This document shows, in pieces, positions 1 through 9,496 of a stretch of DNA of 64,000 bases (positions are counted from its first letter, which is position 1; each line of letters begins with the position of its first letter). The position numbers and the translations under genes are program-made. This stretch comes from an uncultured Acidobacteriota bacterium (GTDB lineage: Bacteria; Acidobacteriota; Thermoanaerobaculia; Multivoradales; UBA5704), in assembly GCA_963770895.1 (NCBI GenBank), contig CAVYRF010000002.1:3360001-3424000 (forward strand), in the 5' to 3' direction. Below the pieces are notes generated by a model. It worked only from the letters and a program-made list of their open reading frames with translations, was not told the origin of the DNA and searched no databases.

Positions 1-2
1 TC

Positions 3-1067
3 GTGGACCGTAGCGGTGCGGTGTGGGCGGCCACCGCGAGCGGCGTTTTCGTGCAGCCGCGGGGTGCCAGCCGGTTCGAGCGGCGGGCGCCGTCGCTCGA
101 TCCGTCCGCCGGCGGCGGCGGGGTTCCGCGCCAGGCGCCCGACGGCTCGATCTGGGCGTCGTCGATGACGCTTGGCCTGACGCAGCTGGCCGATGCTTCG
201 GGAGCGGCGACACCGCCCGCGACGGCGGCGGCCGGACTCGGCGCGGCGTGTAACCTCATGGTGGATCGCCATGCCAAGGCCTGGGTGACGCTCGGCGTCG
301 GTCTGGTGTACGCGCCGCTCCCGGCGCGCACGGACGGTGCATCCGCGCGCCTTCGGCCGCGGCCGCCGCTGCCCTGGGTGCGGGTTCCCGTGGCGAGTGG
401 CGATCAGGTGAGCTCCCTGCTGGAGGACCGCGAGGGGAACGTATGGGTGGGAACCACCGGAGGTCTCGATCAGTATCGCGAGACGAAGCTCAAGCCGGTG
501 GTGTTCCCGCGGCCGATCGTCAAACCGGCTCTTGTCTCCGAGGCGACGAACGGTGCCGAGGCCGTCACGCTCTTCGCGGCCCACCGGCCGGACGTCGTCC
601 TGATCGACCTGCGCATGCCGAAGCTCGACGGCGTGGGCGCCATTCAGGCGATCCGCGCCGTCGACCCCGGCGCGCGGCTGGTGGCGCTGACCACCTACGA
701 GGGCGACGGCGACATCCACCGTGCGCTGAGCGCCGGCGCCTGCGGCTACCTGCTCAAGGACGCGTTGGTCGGAGAGCTGGTCAACGCGGTCCGCGCGGTG
801 GCTGCCGGCAAGCGGGTCATCCCGCCGGCCGTCGCGAATCGGCTAGCCGAGTTCACGCCGCGCGACGACCTCAGCGCCCGCGAGCGCGAGGTGCTGCTGT
901 ACGTGGCACGAGGTCTGGGCAACAAACAGATCGCGCGCGCCATCGGGCGTTCGGCCGAGACCATGAAAGCCCACCTTGAAAGCGCCTTCCAGAAGCTCGG
1001 CGCTCGGGACCGCACGCACGCCGTCACCTTGGCCCCGCAACGCGGGAACATCCACCTGGACGAGTAG
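3..1067 (+). pseudogene. Chimeric ORF (5' partial): two-component sensor beta-propeller fragment fused in frame to an N-terminally truncated NarL/LuxR response regulator
   Basis: Propeller blades VDRSGAVWAAT, APDGSIWAS and EDREGNVWVGTTGGLD run into a REC domain at ...PALVSEATNG. DLRMP, LTTY and GYLLKD are kept but the first strand and DD pair are missing. LuxR HTH follows (LSAREREVL..GLGNKQIA). No histidine kinase domain. Confidence 0.7.
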
Positions 1068-1173
1068 CCGCCGGCGCCATCTGCGCCGACCCGCGGCCAC
1101 GGTCCTGGGACAAGCGCTTGCATGACGGCGCCAGGCAGCAGGGTGGCGACTTTGTGGTCTTATTGCAGGAGCA

Positions 1174-2661
1174 GTGTCGCCGCTGGCTGGGCGATTACCC
1201 CCAGCGCCGTTTCACGCGTGCGGAGATGGAGGAACGCTGATTTTCTCGACACCAGGATCGCGGGCGTCCTCCTCTGCCGTTCGACTCACCTCGGGGCCTG
1301 AGCCGGTGCAGGTCGTCCTGGTGGCCGGTGTCGATCCTGTCCACAACGCCGGCGGGCATGAAAGCTACGTTGTCAGCCATGGGCTCGCGGCTCGCGCCGT
1401 GGGGTTCTCTCCCGCCATCTTCTGCCTTGGTAGCCACAACGCGGAGGAGGCGACGGAGTTCGGTACCCTGCGGCGGATCGCCTCACCGGTGAGGCCGTTT
1501 CGCGGCTTCATGGTCGCTCTGCACAGCCCGTTTCTGGTGGCTGGCATCCTGCGGTTTCTGCGTCATCGACCCGGACCGGTGCTGCTCCACGCCTTTGGCA
1601 TCTGGTCCTATGTCGCGGCCAAGGTCGCCAAGGTGCTGCGTCGCCAGGGCCGCAGTGTCGCGTCGCTGGCGAGCGCCTATACCTCCTGCCGGCATGAGTC
1701 CCGCGAGAAACTTGGCGGGCTTCACCGTGACCACGGGCTACGCCAGCGCTGGCGGCATACCCGCGAGTATGTGCTGCTGCGCCTCATCGGCACGCGCGCC
1801 GAGCGCCGCGGCTACCAGGCGCAGGACCTGGTTCTCGTGAACTACGATGCGGTGCGCCGCCGATTGATCGCCGACTGCCGGTTGCGCGTCGAGATCCGCC
1901 AGGTTCCCTACGCCGCGCCGGCGGCGTTTCGGCACCCGCTCGCCTTGCAGCCCGCTGCAACCACGCCGGTCCTCATGGAGCTGCAACCTGTCGACGCGCC
2001 GCTCATCGTCTCGGTGTCGCGCCAGGATCCACGCAAAGGTGTCGATGTGCTCCTGCGGGCGTTGGCCGTGCTGCACCGCGACGGCCGTTGCTTCCGTGCC
2101 TGCGTGCTGAGCGCTGGACCTCTCCTCCTTCCTCATCGCCAACTCGCCACGCAGCTGGGGCTCGGCGCGACGACGGCCCTGCCGGGCCGGGTGAGCGATC
2201 CCTTCGCCTTCCTGCGCCACGCGGATGTGTTTGTTCTTCCGTCCTTGCAAGAGGGCAGCGGGTCGCTCTCTTTGCTCGAGGCCATGCAGGCGGGATGTGC
2301 GGTGGTCGCGTCGGCTTGCGACGGCCTGGTCGAGGACCTGGTGGATGGAGACAACGCTCTCCTGGTCCCCCGTGGCGACGTCGCCGCGTTGAGCGCCGCG
2401 CTCGGCCGGCTCCTTGCCGATGACGAGTTGCGGCGCCGCCTGGCCTGCCGCGCGCGTGCGACCTACGAGGAGAGGTTCTCGGCCGGACGCTTCGCCGCTG
2501 CCCTGGGAAGCGTCTACACGACGATGATCGATGCTGCCCTGACGGACACAGTGCGCACAACCGACAGGCCTGTCGCCGCGTCCCAGGGCCTGCACGACGG
2601 GACGCGTGCCGGCGCGGCGCGAGATGCAGAACCCATCACGGTGGGAGCAGCAAGAACGTGA
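1174..2661 (+). CDS. Glycosyltransferase family 4 (GT-B fold); true start possibly GTG near 1306
   Basis: VSRQDPRKGVDVLL, ADVFVLPSLQEGSGSLSLLEAMQAG (E-x7-E) and LLVPRGDVAALSAAL motifs. Confidence 0.85.
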   Translation: MSPLAGRLPPAPFHACGDGGTLIFSTPGSRASSSAVRLTSGPEPVQVVLVAGVDPVHNAGGHESYVVSHGLAARAVGFSPAIFCLGSHNAEEATEFGTLRRIASPVRPFRGFMVALHSPFLVAGILRFLRHRPGPVLLHAFGIWSYVAAKVAKVLRRQGRSVASLASAYTSCRHESREKLGGLHRDHGLRQRWRHTREYVLLRLIGTRAERRGYQAQDLVLVNYDAVRRRLIADCRLRVEIRQVPYAAPAAFRHPLALQPAATTPVLMELQPVDAPLIVSVSRQDPRKGVDVLLRALAVLHRDGRCFRACVLSAGPLLLPHRQLATQLGLGATTALPGRVSDPFAFLRHADVFVLPSLQEGSGSLSLLEAMQAGCAVVASACDGLVEDLVDGDNALLVPRGDVAALSAALGRLLADDELRRRLACRARATYEERFSAGRFAAALGSVYTTMIDAALTDTVRTTDRPVAASQGLHDGTRAGAARDAEPITVGAART

Positions 2662-4445
2662 TCCTGGTCGCTCGCGACACCAGGGTGATCGCGCGCCTGA
2701 TGTTGAGCTGCGCCTTGACTGGCTTGATGGCTTGCACGCCACGCGACAATAGCGCTACGGAGCACGATGAAGTGACGGTCGAACGCAGCGTCGCCGTGAA
2801 AATGCGCGACGGCGTCACCTTGCGGGCGCAGGTGTTCCATCCACGAAGGGCAGGCAGGTATCCCGTGCTGCTGGCGCGCACGCCCTACAACCGGAACAGC
2901 CTGACGGAGTTTTCTCTGCAGGCGGCGGCGCGCGGTTACGTGGTCGCCGTCCAGGACGTGCGGGGGCGGTACGCCTCGGAGGGGGAATGGTACCCCTTCC
3001 TGCACGAGGCCTCCGATGGCTACGACACGGTGGAGTGGGCGGCCGCGCTCCCCTGGTCGAACGGCAAGGTGGGAATGTTCGGCGGGTCCTACGTCGGGGC
3101 CACGCAGTTTCTTGCCGCGCTTGCCGATCCGCCGCACCTGGCGGGGCTTTGCCCCAACGACACGGCCTCCGACTACCACGACGGGTGGACCTATCACGGC
3201 GGTGCGTTCGAGCAATGGTTCGGCGAGTCATGGACGACAGCCCTGGCTGACAACACCCTGAGCCGGCGCGTCGCCGCCACCACCCATCCGCAGCGTTGGA
3301 CCCAGATCCTGCCGCTACGGTCCTATCCCGTGCTGGGCGCACCCTCGGCGGCGGTGCCGGCGCCGTACTTCAACGATTGGCTCGCGCACCCGACTGACGA
3401 CGAGTATTGGAAGCGGTGGTCCATCGCCGGCCACTCTTCCCAGATCCGCGTGCCGGTGTTCAACCTTGGCGGGTGGTACGACATCTTTCTGGGCGGCGCG
3501 TTGAGCAATTACCAGCGTCTCAAGACCGAGGCTGGGACGGCTGCGGCGCGCCGCGGCCAACGCCTGTTGCTGTATGTCGCCGGCCATGCCGGCGGATTGG
3601 ACTGGAGGCAGGTCGGCGCCGTCGATTTTGGCAAGCAGCTGCCGCTCGACCTCGGTGAGCTGACCCTGCGCTGGTACGACCATCTGTTGAAGGGTTTGGC
3701 CAATGGCGTCGATCGTGAGAAGCCGGTAAAGATCTTCGTCATGGGAGCGAACGCGTGGCGCGAGGAAGAGGATTGGCCGCTGCCGCGCGCCCAGGTCACG
3801 CCGTTTTACCTGCATTCGACTGGCGCGGCGAAAGGCAGCGAAGGCGGCGGCACGCTGGGTACCGATGCGCCTGCTCAAGAGAAGCCGGATCATTATGACT
3901 ACGATCCCGCCAACGCCGTGCCCACGATTGGCGGGCCCCTTTGTTGCGAACCCTTGCCGACCGGGATCGGCCCGCAGGATCAGCGTCCCGCCGAGACGCG
4001 AGCCGATGTGCTGGTGTTCTCCTCACCGGCCTTGACCGCAAGGACCGAGGTCACGGGCCCCATCGTGCTCGACCTCTACGTCAGCAGCTCCGCGGTCGAC
4101 ACCGACTTCACCGGCAAGTTGGTCGACGTCTGGCCTGATGGGTTTGCCCAGAACCTGACCGAAGGCATCCTCCGACTGCGCTATCGCCGTTCGCAAGAGA
4201 AGCCGGAGCTCGGCACGCCCCATCAGATCTACCGCATCCGCATCGACCTCGGTGCCACGAGCAATGTGTTCCTGCCCCGTCACCGGCTGCGGCTCGAGGT
4301 GTCCAGCAGCAACTTTCCGCGCTTCGATCGCAACCTCAACACCGGCGAGGACCAGAGTCGCGGGCTCCGGATGGTGAAAGCGACCAACGTCATCTATCAC
4401 GACCGCAGCCACCCTTCGGCGCTGATTCTCCCCCTCGTGCAGTAA
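2658..4445 (+). CDS. CocE/NonD family hydrolase (peptidase S15-like), probable lipoprotein
   Basis: MRDGVTL, RTPY, QDVRGRYASEG, GGSYVG nucleophile elbow, GWYDIF and SSSNFPRFDRN; lipobox-like LMAC; GTGA overlap with the upstream gene. Confidence 0.9.
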   Translation: MILVARDTRVIARLMLSCALTGLMACTPRDNSATEHDEVTVERSVAVKMRDGVTLRAQVFHPRRAGRYPVLLARTPYNRNSLTEFSLQAAARGYVVAVQDVRGRYASEGEWYPFLHEASDGYDTVEWAAALPWSNGKVGMFGGSYVGATQFLAALADPPHLAGLCPNDTASDYHDGWTYHGGAFEQWFGESWTTALADNTLSRRVAATTHPQRWTQILPLRSYPVLGAPSAAVPAPYFNDWLAHPTDDEYWKRWSIAGHSSQIRVPVFNLGGWYDIFLGGALSNYQRLKTEAGTAAARRGQRLLLYVAGHAGGLDWRQVGAVDFGKQLPLDLGELTLRWYDHLLKGLANGVDREKPVKIFVMGANAWREEEDWPLPRAQVTPFYLHSTGAAKGSEGGGTLGTDAPAQEKPDHYDYDPANAVPTIGGPLCCEPLPTGIGPQDQRPAETRADVLVFSSPALTARTEVTGPIVLDLYVSSSAVDTDFTGKLVDVWPDGFAQNLTEGILRLRYRRSQEKPELGTPHQIYRIRIDLGATSNVFLPRHRLRLEVSSSNFPRFDRNLNTGEDQSRGLRMVKATNVIYHDRSHPSALILPLVQ

Positions 4446-4447
4446 TG

Positions 4448-5989
4448 TCAGCGCTTCAAGGTCTGGTCGTAGAACTGCGCCAGGTCGGCCTTCAGCTGGG
4501 TGAGCGCCTCGGGATGAAGGTAAATCATGTGGCCGGACTGGTAGTAGCCCCAATGGAGATTCTTCGCAAGGCTCGGATCGAGTCCCATGTGACCGACGGT
4601 GTACTCCGTCTCGAAAAACGGCGTGGCGAAATCGAAGTAGCCGTTGGCGAAGAAGACATGGAGCCCCGGGTTGCGGCTCAGCGCCTGGCGCAGGTCCTCG
4701 GCCACATCCGGCATTGCGGCGCGTCCCATATCAGTGCGGTGACGGTCGTCCCAGTTGCCGCCAATCTCCTGAAAGTTGTTCTCGCGGTAGAGATCCTCGG
4801 TCTCGAACTTGAGATCGCCTCGCAGATAGGCGTTGAAGGCGCCCACGAAGGCCGGGGCGATGGACTGGTCGGCGGCATCGTACTCCGTGGCCTCGCCCGC
4901 GGCGTCGTGGTCGATGCCCTTGAACCGTGCGTCGAGCTGGCCGATCGTGCGCCGCTCGCTGCGCAGCAGCTCCTTCTCGAAGCGAGCAGGACTGATGCGC
5001 AGGTTGGCGTTGCGGAGAAACGCGATCGGCAGGCCGGTGTAGCGGTGGAGCTTCTCCGCGGTCGCGGCAGCCACGCTCTCGCTGATGTGATCCCCGGCGG
5101 CGAGAGCCTGGAGGTACTCGCCGAGCGCAAAGCCGCGGACTTCGGCCAGGAAGGCCGGCAGATCGGCGGGCTGCGGGTCGAGCCGCTTGTGGTACCAGGC
5201 GGCCGCGGCCATGGTGGGTAGATAGAGCGCATACGGAGTGTCGCTCGAGAACGGTGGGCCGTTGAAGTCGTCCCACGCGTTGAGGTACGACGAGACCATC
5301 ACCACGCCGTTGAACGCGACGCCGGAATCGAGCAGACGGTTGAGCAGGCCAGCGGCGCGGGTCGTTCCGTAGGATTCGCCGAGCAGGAACTTCGGCGAAT
5401 TCCAGCGGCCGTTCTGGCTCACCCAGCGCTGGATGAACTGGGCAAACGCCGCGATGTCCGCGTCCGTGCCGTAGAAGTCCTTGCCCTCCCCTTTGCCGAT
5501 GATGCGCGAGAAGCCGGTGCCCATGGCGTCGATGAACACCAGATCCGTCTTGTCGAGCAGGGTCGAGGCATTCTCGGCCACGGTGTAGGGCGGCGGCGGC
5601 GAAGGCGCGCCGTCGGTCGTCACCACGCGCACCGGACTGAACGAGCCCATGTGAAGCCAGATCGATGAGGAACCCGGTCCGCCATTGAAGCAGAAGGTCA
5701 CGGGCCGCGCTTTCGCGTCCCGGCCGTCTGCCGTGTAGGCGACCGAGAACATCCGTCCGATCGGCTCATCCTTGTCGTTCTTGAGCTCGATGGTGCCCGC
5801 CGTCGCCGTGTAGTTGATCGCGGTCCCGCCGACGGAAATGTGGTGATGGGTCTGCGAAGGCTTCGGGGCCTCCGACTTTTTCTCATCCGCGGCCTTGTCG
5901 TCCTTCTTTTCGGGCTCCGCGGCCGCCGCCACGGCAGCCACGATCAGCCACGCTCCACACGCCAGCGCCCAACGCTTGTCGATCCTCAC
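4448..5989 (-). CDS. Peptidase S10 serine carboxypeptidase, secreted (copy 1)
   Basis: FNGGPGSSS, DLVFID..GTGFS, GESYG, GYFD and SGHMIY; GTG start after GAGGAG RBS; signal peptide. Confidence 0.92.
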   Translation of the reverse strand: MRIDKRWALACGAWLIVAAVAAAAEPEKKDDKAADEKKSEAPKPSQTHHHISVGGTAINYTATAGTIELKNDKDEPIGRMFSVAYTADGRDAKARPVTFCFNGGPGSSSIWLHMGSFSPVRVVTTDGAPSPPPPYTVAENASTLLDKTDLVFIDAMGTGFSRIIGKGEGKDFYGTDADIAAFAQFIQRWVSQNGRWNSPKFLLGESYGTTRAAGLLNRLLDSGVAFNGVVMVSSYLNAWDDFNGPPFSSDTPYALYLPTMAAAAWYHKRLDPQPADLPAFLAEVRGFALGEYLQALAAGDHISESVAAATAEKLHRYTGLPIAFLRNANLRISPARFEKELLRSERRTIGQLDARFKGIDHDAAGEATEYDAADQSIAPAFVGAFNAYLRGDLKFETEDLYRENNFQEIGGNWDDRHRTDMGRAAMPDVAEDLRQALSRNPGLHVFFANGYFDFATPFFETEYTVGHMGLDPSLAKNLHWGYYQSGHMIYLHPEALTQLKADLAQFYDQTLKR

Positions 5990-6224
5990 GCTCGTGCCTC
6001 CTCGATCTGTGTCCGTGCGACCGCAGAGGCCGCAGCGGTTCCGTCCGCGCCAGGTCCCACCGATCCGGGTTCCTGCCGAGTCAGGAACGATATCGCGTGC
6101 TGCCTGCTTCGGGGGTCGGGACGCAGCAGTAGCCTGCACGATATACGAGCGGCCACGCTGACGGGTTGCAGCCGCGAGCCGCCCGCTGTCCGCCTGTGTC
6201 GATCGGGCACCGCGGCGGGTGGCC
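4448..6224. repeat. Copy 1 of a ~1.78-kb direct repeat (S10 gene plus ~235 bp upstream); copy 2 at 33853-35629
   Basis: Direct comparison at offset 29405: identical by eye from the stop codon to ~5665, scattered substitutions beyond that. Confidence 0.95.
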
Positions 6225-6629
6225 TGTCTGTGGGTAGAATGGCGCATCTCATTGCAGGTGGTCGCGGCGCCGCGGCGGCGTGGTGGCTTGGCCGGTGCGG
6301 AGCGGGCGCCGCGGGCCGGGAGGAGAGCGATGCGGTCAGGATGGGGTCTGTGCACGTGCCGGGGCGCGGGGCTCGTGGGGATGCTGCTGCTGGGGGCGGT
6401 GGTACGGGTGGCGGCTGCCAGCGCGGCTGGGGTGGGCGCGGTGTCGGCGGCGGCGGGGAGTGCGAGCGGGATGGCCGTGGGAGCGGGGCCGGCGGCACCG
6501 CGGTCTTGGCGGCGGCTTCACGGCTTTTGTACAGTCGGTGCCTCTTCGCAATGTATCGCATCGCGATGATAGTGACTGCGTTGTCGCACTGGCGCAATGG
6601 CTCTCACTGGCCATCGCCAGGCGAAAAAC

Positions 6630-6700
6630 GGTCGCCTTCAGCCTGGAACGGGTGGTCGCCTTCAAACGGAATCAGTGGTCGCCTTCGACCGGAATACGCA
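6630..6700 (-). mobile_element. Orphan IS21-family (IS408/IS1162-like) terminus
   Basis: Minus strand reads TGCGTATTCCGGTCGAAGGCGACC...; three GGTCGCCTTC repeats at 6630, 6654 and 6677 (23-24 bp period), typical of IstA-binding repeats; no istA/istB in the window. Confidence 0.7.
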
Positions 6701-7209
6701 CGCTCCAGGAAGCCATGGGAGTCTTCGACAGGCTGCGGGAGGCCCGGCACCACGTCATGGAGTGTCGGCGCTCGCCGGCCGCGGCGGCGGCCCAGGTGTA
6801 CAGGGACCCGCAGAGATCGCTGCGCGCTCTCCTCGCCGATCGGGGTGGCGCCGCAACGCTGAAGAGAGGACAGGCCCACCGCTACGGCGAACTGCGAGGC
6901 CGAGGCGGCATCCTTCCCGCGAACCGCGAGCGAGCGGCCCTCCACGCCGTATCCTCCCTGACAGGCCGGCTCCATGCTCACGAGCGGAGCGTCGCCGCGC
7001 TGCACGGCGCCAAACAGGAGGCTCGCGAGCTGGCTGCCGGAATCTCCCTACGGCCGCCGAGCGTAGCGCGAGGCATTCATGGCACAAGAGCTGTCGAGGC
7101 CGCCGCCGCCGTCCTCGTCTCCCAGCGACCGCTCAGGATCGCGGGCAGCCAGACACTCCGCAGGATCTCGCCTTTACCGGCGACGGTGCATCGCGAGCGG
7201 GGTGATTAG
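6701..7209 (+). pseudogene. Possible C-terminal fragment of a TraA-type relaxase (BID-like region)
   Basis: AAQVYRDPQRSLRALL...RYGELRGRGGILPANRERAAL resembles the VYxDP...F/YGxLxGxxGxL pattern recalled from BID domains; abuts the IS end. Confidence 0.35.
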
Positions 7210-7337
7210 CCGCGGATTGGACCTCGGACTCGAACGCTAGGGACTTCAACGGCGACGGCAAGGCCGACCTGGCAGTGCGCAAGCACTTGCCGCATCCAAG
7301 GGCGCTCACTCTGTGCCCGCGGCATACCCCAAGCCCG

Positions 7338-9149
7338 TCAGTGGAAGAAGCCGTCCAGAGTCGTGACGTGCTTCTTGATTTCGCCCCAATACTCGGCCGT
7401 GGTGGGGCCCATGGGGTCGCGCCGCATGACTTCGTCGATCTCCCGGAATTTACGCACCAGGTCTTTTGCCTGCACCTTGAGCTCCATCTGATCGGCCTCC
7501 AGCGAGGCATGCGGCCGCAGGCGTTGCGCCAAGCCCTTAAAACCTGTGCCGGTCGCCTTCTGATATGCGCTTTTCAGCTCATCGGTCAAGGACTTGAAGT
7601 CCCCCAGCAGGCGCAGTCCGGCATTGCTCTTTTGCGGATCGTGTTCTGCGGCGTCGTACGCATCGTCGGCCAGGGGAGCCAGGGCAAAGATGACCTCCTT
7701 CATCCTGGTAAGGTCGCTCACTCTGAGGTCCGAGGCGGACGCCGGCGGCGCCGGCTCGGCCGCGCGCGCCACCTTGGCGGTTTCGGCGTCGGCGGGCGCC
7801 GGCGCGGCGGGCTCCGGCGGCGGCGATTTGACGGCATCCGGCGGCAGGGTTCGTGTTTTCTTTGCCTGCGCAAGCTTGGGTTTGGGGGCCGTCGGCGGGC
7901 TCTCGACGTCGGTCGGCGCTGCCGCGTCGGGCGATGAAGTGGGCGGCTGCGCGGCTGCCAACAAGGCCTGGGCAGGCTGGGAGGCCGGCGCCCGCTGGAG
8001 AGGCATCGCCGGCTGCAAGGGGGCTGGCGCCGTGCCAGGTGGCGCGACCAGGGCGACCGCCGCGGGAGGAGGAGCGCTGGCGGCGGGTTGACCGTGCAGC
8101 GCCAAGGCCAGCACGAGGGCCGTACCGGCTGCCACCAACACCGCAGCCGCCGCCAGAATCCAGACGCCGCGCCCCTGCAGCAGCGCGCCCAGCCCGGACC
8201 TGGATACGGGGTTCTGGCCGGAAGCCAGCGCCGCACCCGGATGGGACTGCGCATCCAGGACCGTTGGGTGCGGGGTGAGCATGGCCTGCGGTGCCGCTGG
8301 CGTCGTTGGCTGCGAAGGGGGCGGCTGCGTCGCCGGAGCGGCCTCTTGCAAGGCGCGCAGAAAAGCGCCGGCGCTCGGAAAGCGATCGTCGGGGGCCTTG
8401 CTGAGAGCCACTTCGATCGCTCGCAACACGCCAGGTGGCAGGTCCGGGTTGAGCGTCGCCAGATCCGGCGGCGGCGACTCGATGTGCTGCTTCTTGATCG
8501 CATACTCGGTATCGGCGTCGAACGGTGGCTGGCCGGCAAGCATTTCAAATAAGACCACGGCGGCGCTGTAGATATCGCTGCGGTGATCGACGGTGCGCGG
8601 ATAGAGAATCTGCTCGGGCGACATGTAAATGGGAGTACCGATCGAGGATTGCGAGGCCGTCAAGCGCTTGTCGCCGATAAGCAGCGCGATGCCGAAGTCC
8701 ATGAGCTTGACCCGGCCTTGGGCCGTGATCAGAGCATTGGAAGGCTTTACGTCGCGATGAATCACGCCTTCCGAATGAGCATAGTCGAGTGCCGCGAGGA
8801 TCTGGCCGAAGATGCCCATCGCCTCGCCGAGCGCCATGCCGTGTCCGGCGGCCGCCTTGAGCCGCTGATCGAGCCCTTCGCCGGGGACCAGCTCCATGAC
8901 GATGAAGTACTCGCCGGCGTCCTCGACCAGGTCGTAGACCGCAATGATGTTGGGGTGGTGAAGGTGGGCTTGCGTCTTCGCCTCGGCGAAGAAGCGCTCC
9001 TTGAATTCGGGCTGCCGGGTCAGCTCGGGCGCCAGGGCTTTGATGGCCACCGCACGCCCCAGGTGATCGTGCACGCCGCGATAGACGACCCCCATGCCGC
9101 CGCGTCCGATGAGTCCCTCAATCCGGTAGTGTCCGACGTTGGATCTCAC
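7338..9149 (-). CDS. Membrane-anchored Hanks-type Ser/Thr protein kinase (kinase - TM - Pro/Ala linker - helical C-terminal domain)
   Basis: IGRGGMGVVY, VAIK, HRDVKPSN, DFGIA, GTPIYMSPEQ and DIYS; TM VWILAAAAVLVAAGTALVLALAL; GTG start after AAGGAG. Confidence 0.93.
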   Translation of the reverse strand: MRSNVGHYRIEGLIGRGGMGVVYRGVHDHLGRAVAIKALAPELTRQPEFKERFFAEAKTQAHLHHPNIIAVYDLVEDAGEYFIVMELVPGEGLDQRLKAAAGHGMALGEAMGIFGQILAALDYAHSEGVIHRDVKPSNALITAQGRVKLMDFGIALLIGDKRLTASQSSIGTPIYMSPEQILYPRTVDHRSDIYSAAVVLFEMLAGQPPFDADTEYAIKKQHIESPPPDLATLNPDLPPGVLRAIEVALSKAPDDRFPSAGAFLRALQEAAPATQPPPSQPTTPAAPQAMLTPHPTVLDAQSHPGAALASGQNPVSRSGLGALLQGRGVWILAAAAVLVAAGTALVLALALHGQPAASAPPPAAVALVAPPGTAPAPLQPAMPLQRAPASQPAQALLAAAQPPTSSPDAAAPTDVESPPTAPKPKLAQAKKTRTLPPDAVKSPPPEPAAPAPADAETAKVARAAEPAPPASASDLRVSDLTRMKEVIFALAPLADDAYDAAEHDPQKSNAGLRLLGDFKSLTDELKSAYQKATGTGFKGLAQRLRPHASLEADQMELKVQAKDLVRKFREIDEVMRRDPMGPTTAEYWGEIKKHVTTLDGFFH

Positions 9150-9291
9150 GATCCCTCTCCTTTGCAATCAAGCGTGGTGGGCCTGGGCTCACGCCGGAAG
9201 CTCGATCCGCTCGCCCAGCGGCCAGCAATGTCATCTTCTGTAAGTGGGCGACAGCATACCATTCAACAGAATAACTTCAATCACTCATCGA

Positions 9292-9320
9292 GTCATACAC
9301 AAGTCACAATATTTAGGCAA
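9292..9320 (-). promoter_or_regulatory. Putative sigma70 promoter for the kinase (TTGCCT-N17-TATGAC)
   Basis: AT-rich intergenic region; 17-bp spacer; TG immediately before the -10. Confidence 0.35.
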
Positions 9321-9330
9321 CTGCATGTGT

Positions 9331-9359
9331 TTGCACCTGCGCGCGCTGTTCTCTATGAT
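9331..9359 (+). promoter_or_regulatory. Putative sigma70 promoter for the PP2C-FHA operon (TTGCAC-N17-TATGAT)
   Basis: Near-consensus hexamers with 17-bp spacing in an AT-rich region. Confidence 0.55.
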
Positions 9360-9496
9360 CGGTTTCACGATCGGTAGGTACACCTGCGAAGGAGGCGCCG
9401 GAATGCATGCGGATGCCTCCGCAGAGCTGGCGGCGGATGGCGGTTGCGGCGCTCCCGAAGCGTCCAAACCGCGGGACCCGAGGGAGGCACCGCAGC

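Noticed and set aside
5990-6355. N-terminal extensions of the S10 ORFs (635 and 563 aa calls)
   Set aside because: RBS and signal peptide place the starts at 5989 and 35394; the extensions differ between copies and look non-coding
6630-6700. Short spaced repeats as a CRISPR array
   Set aside because: Repeat core is 10 bp with 13-14 bp between copies, there are no cas genes, and it fits an IS21 end
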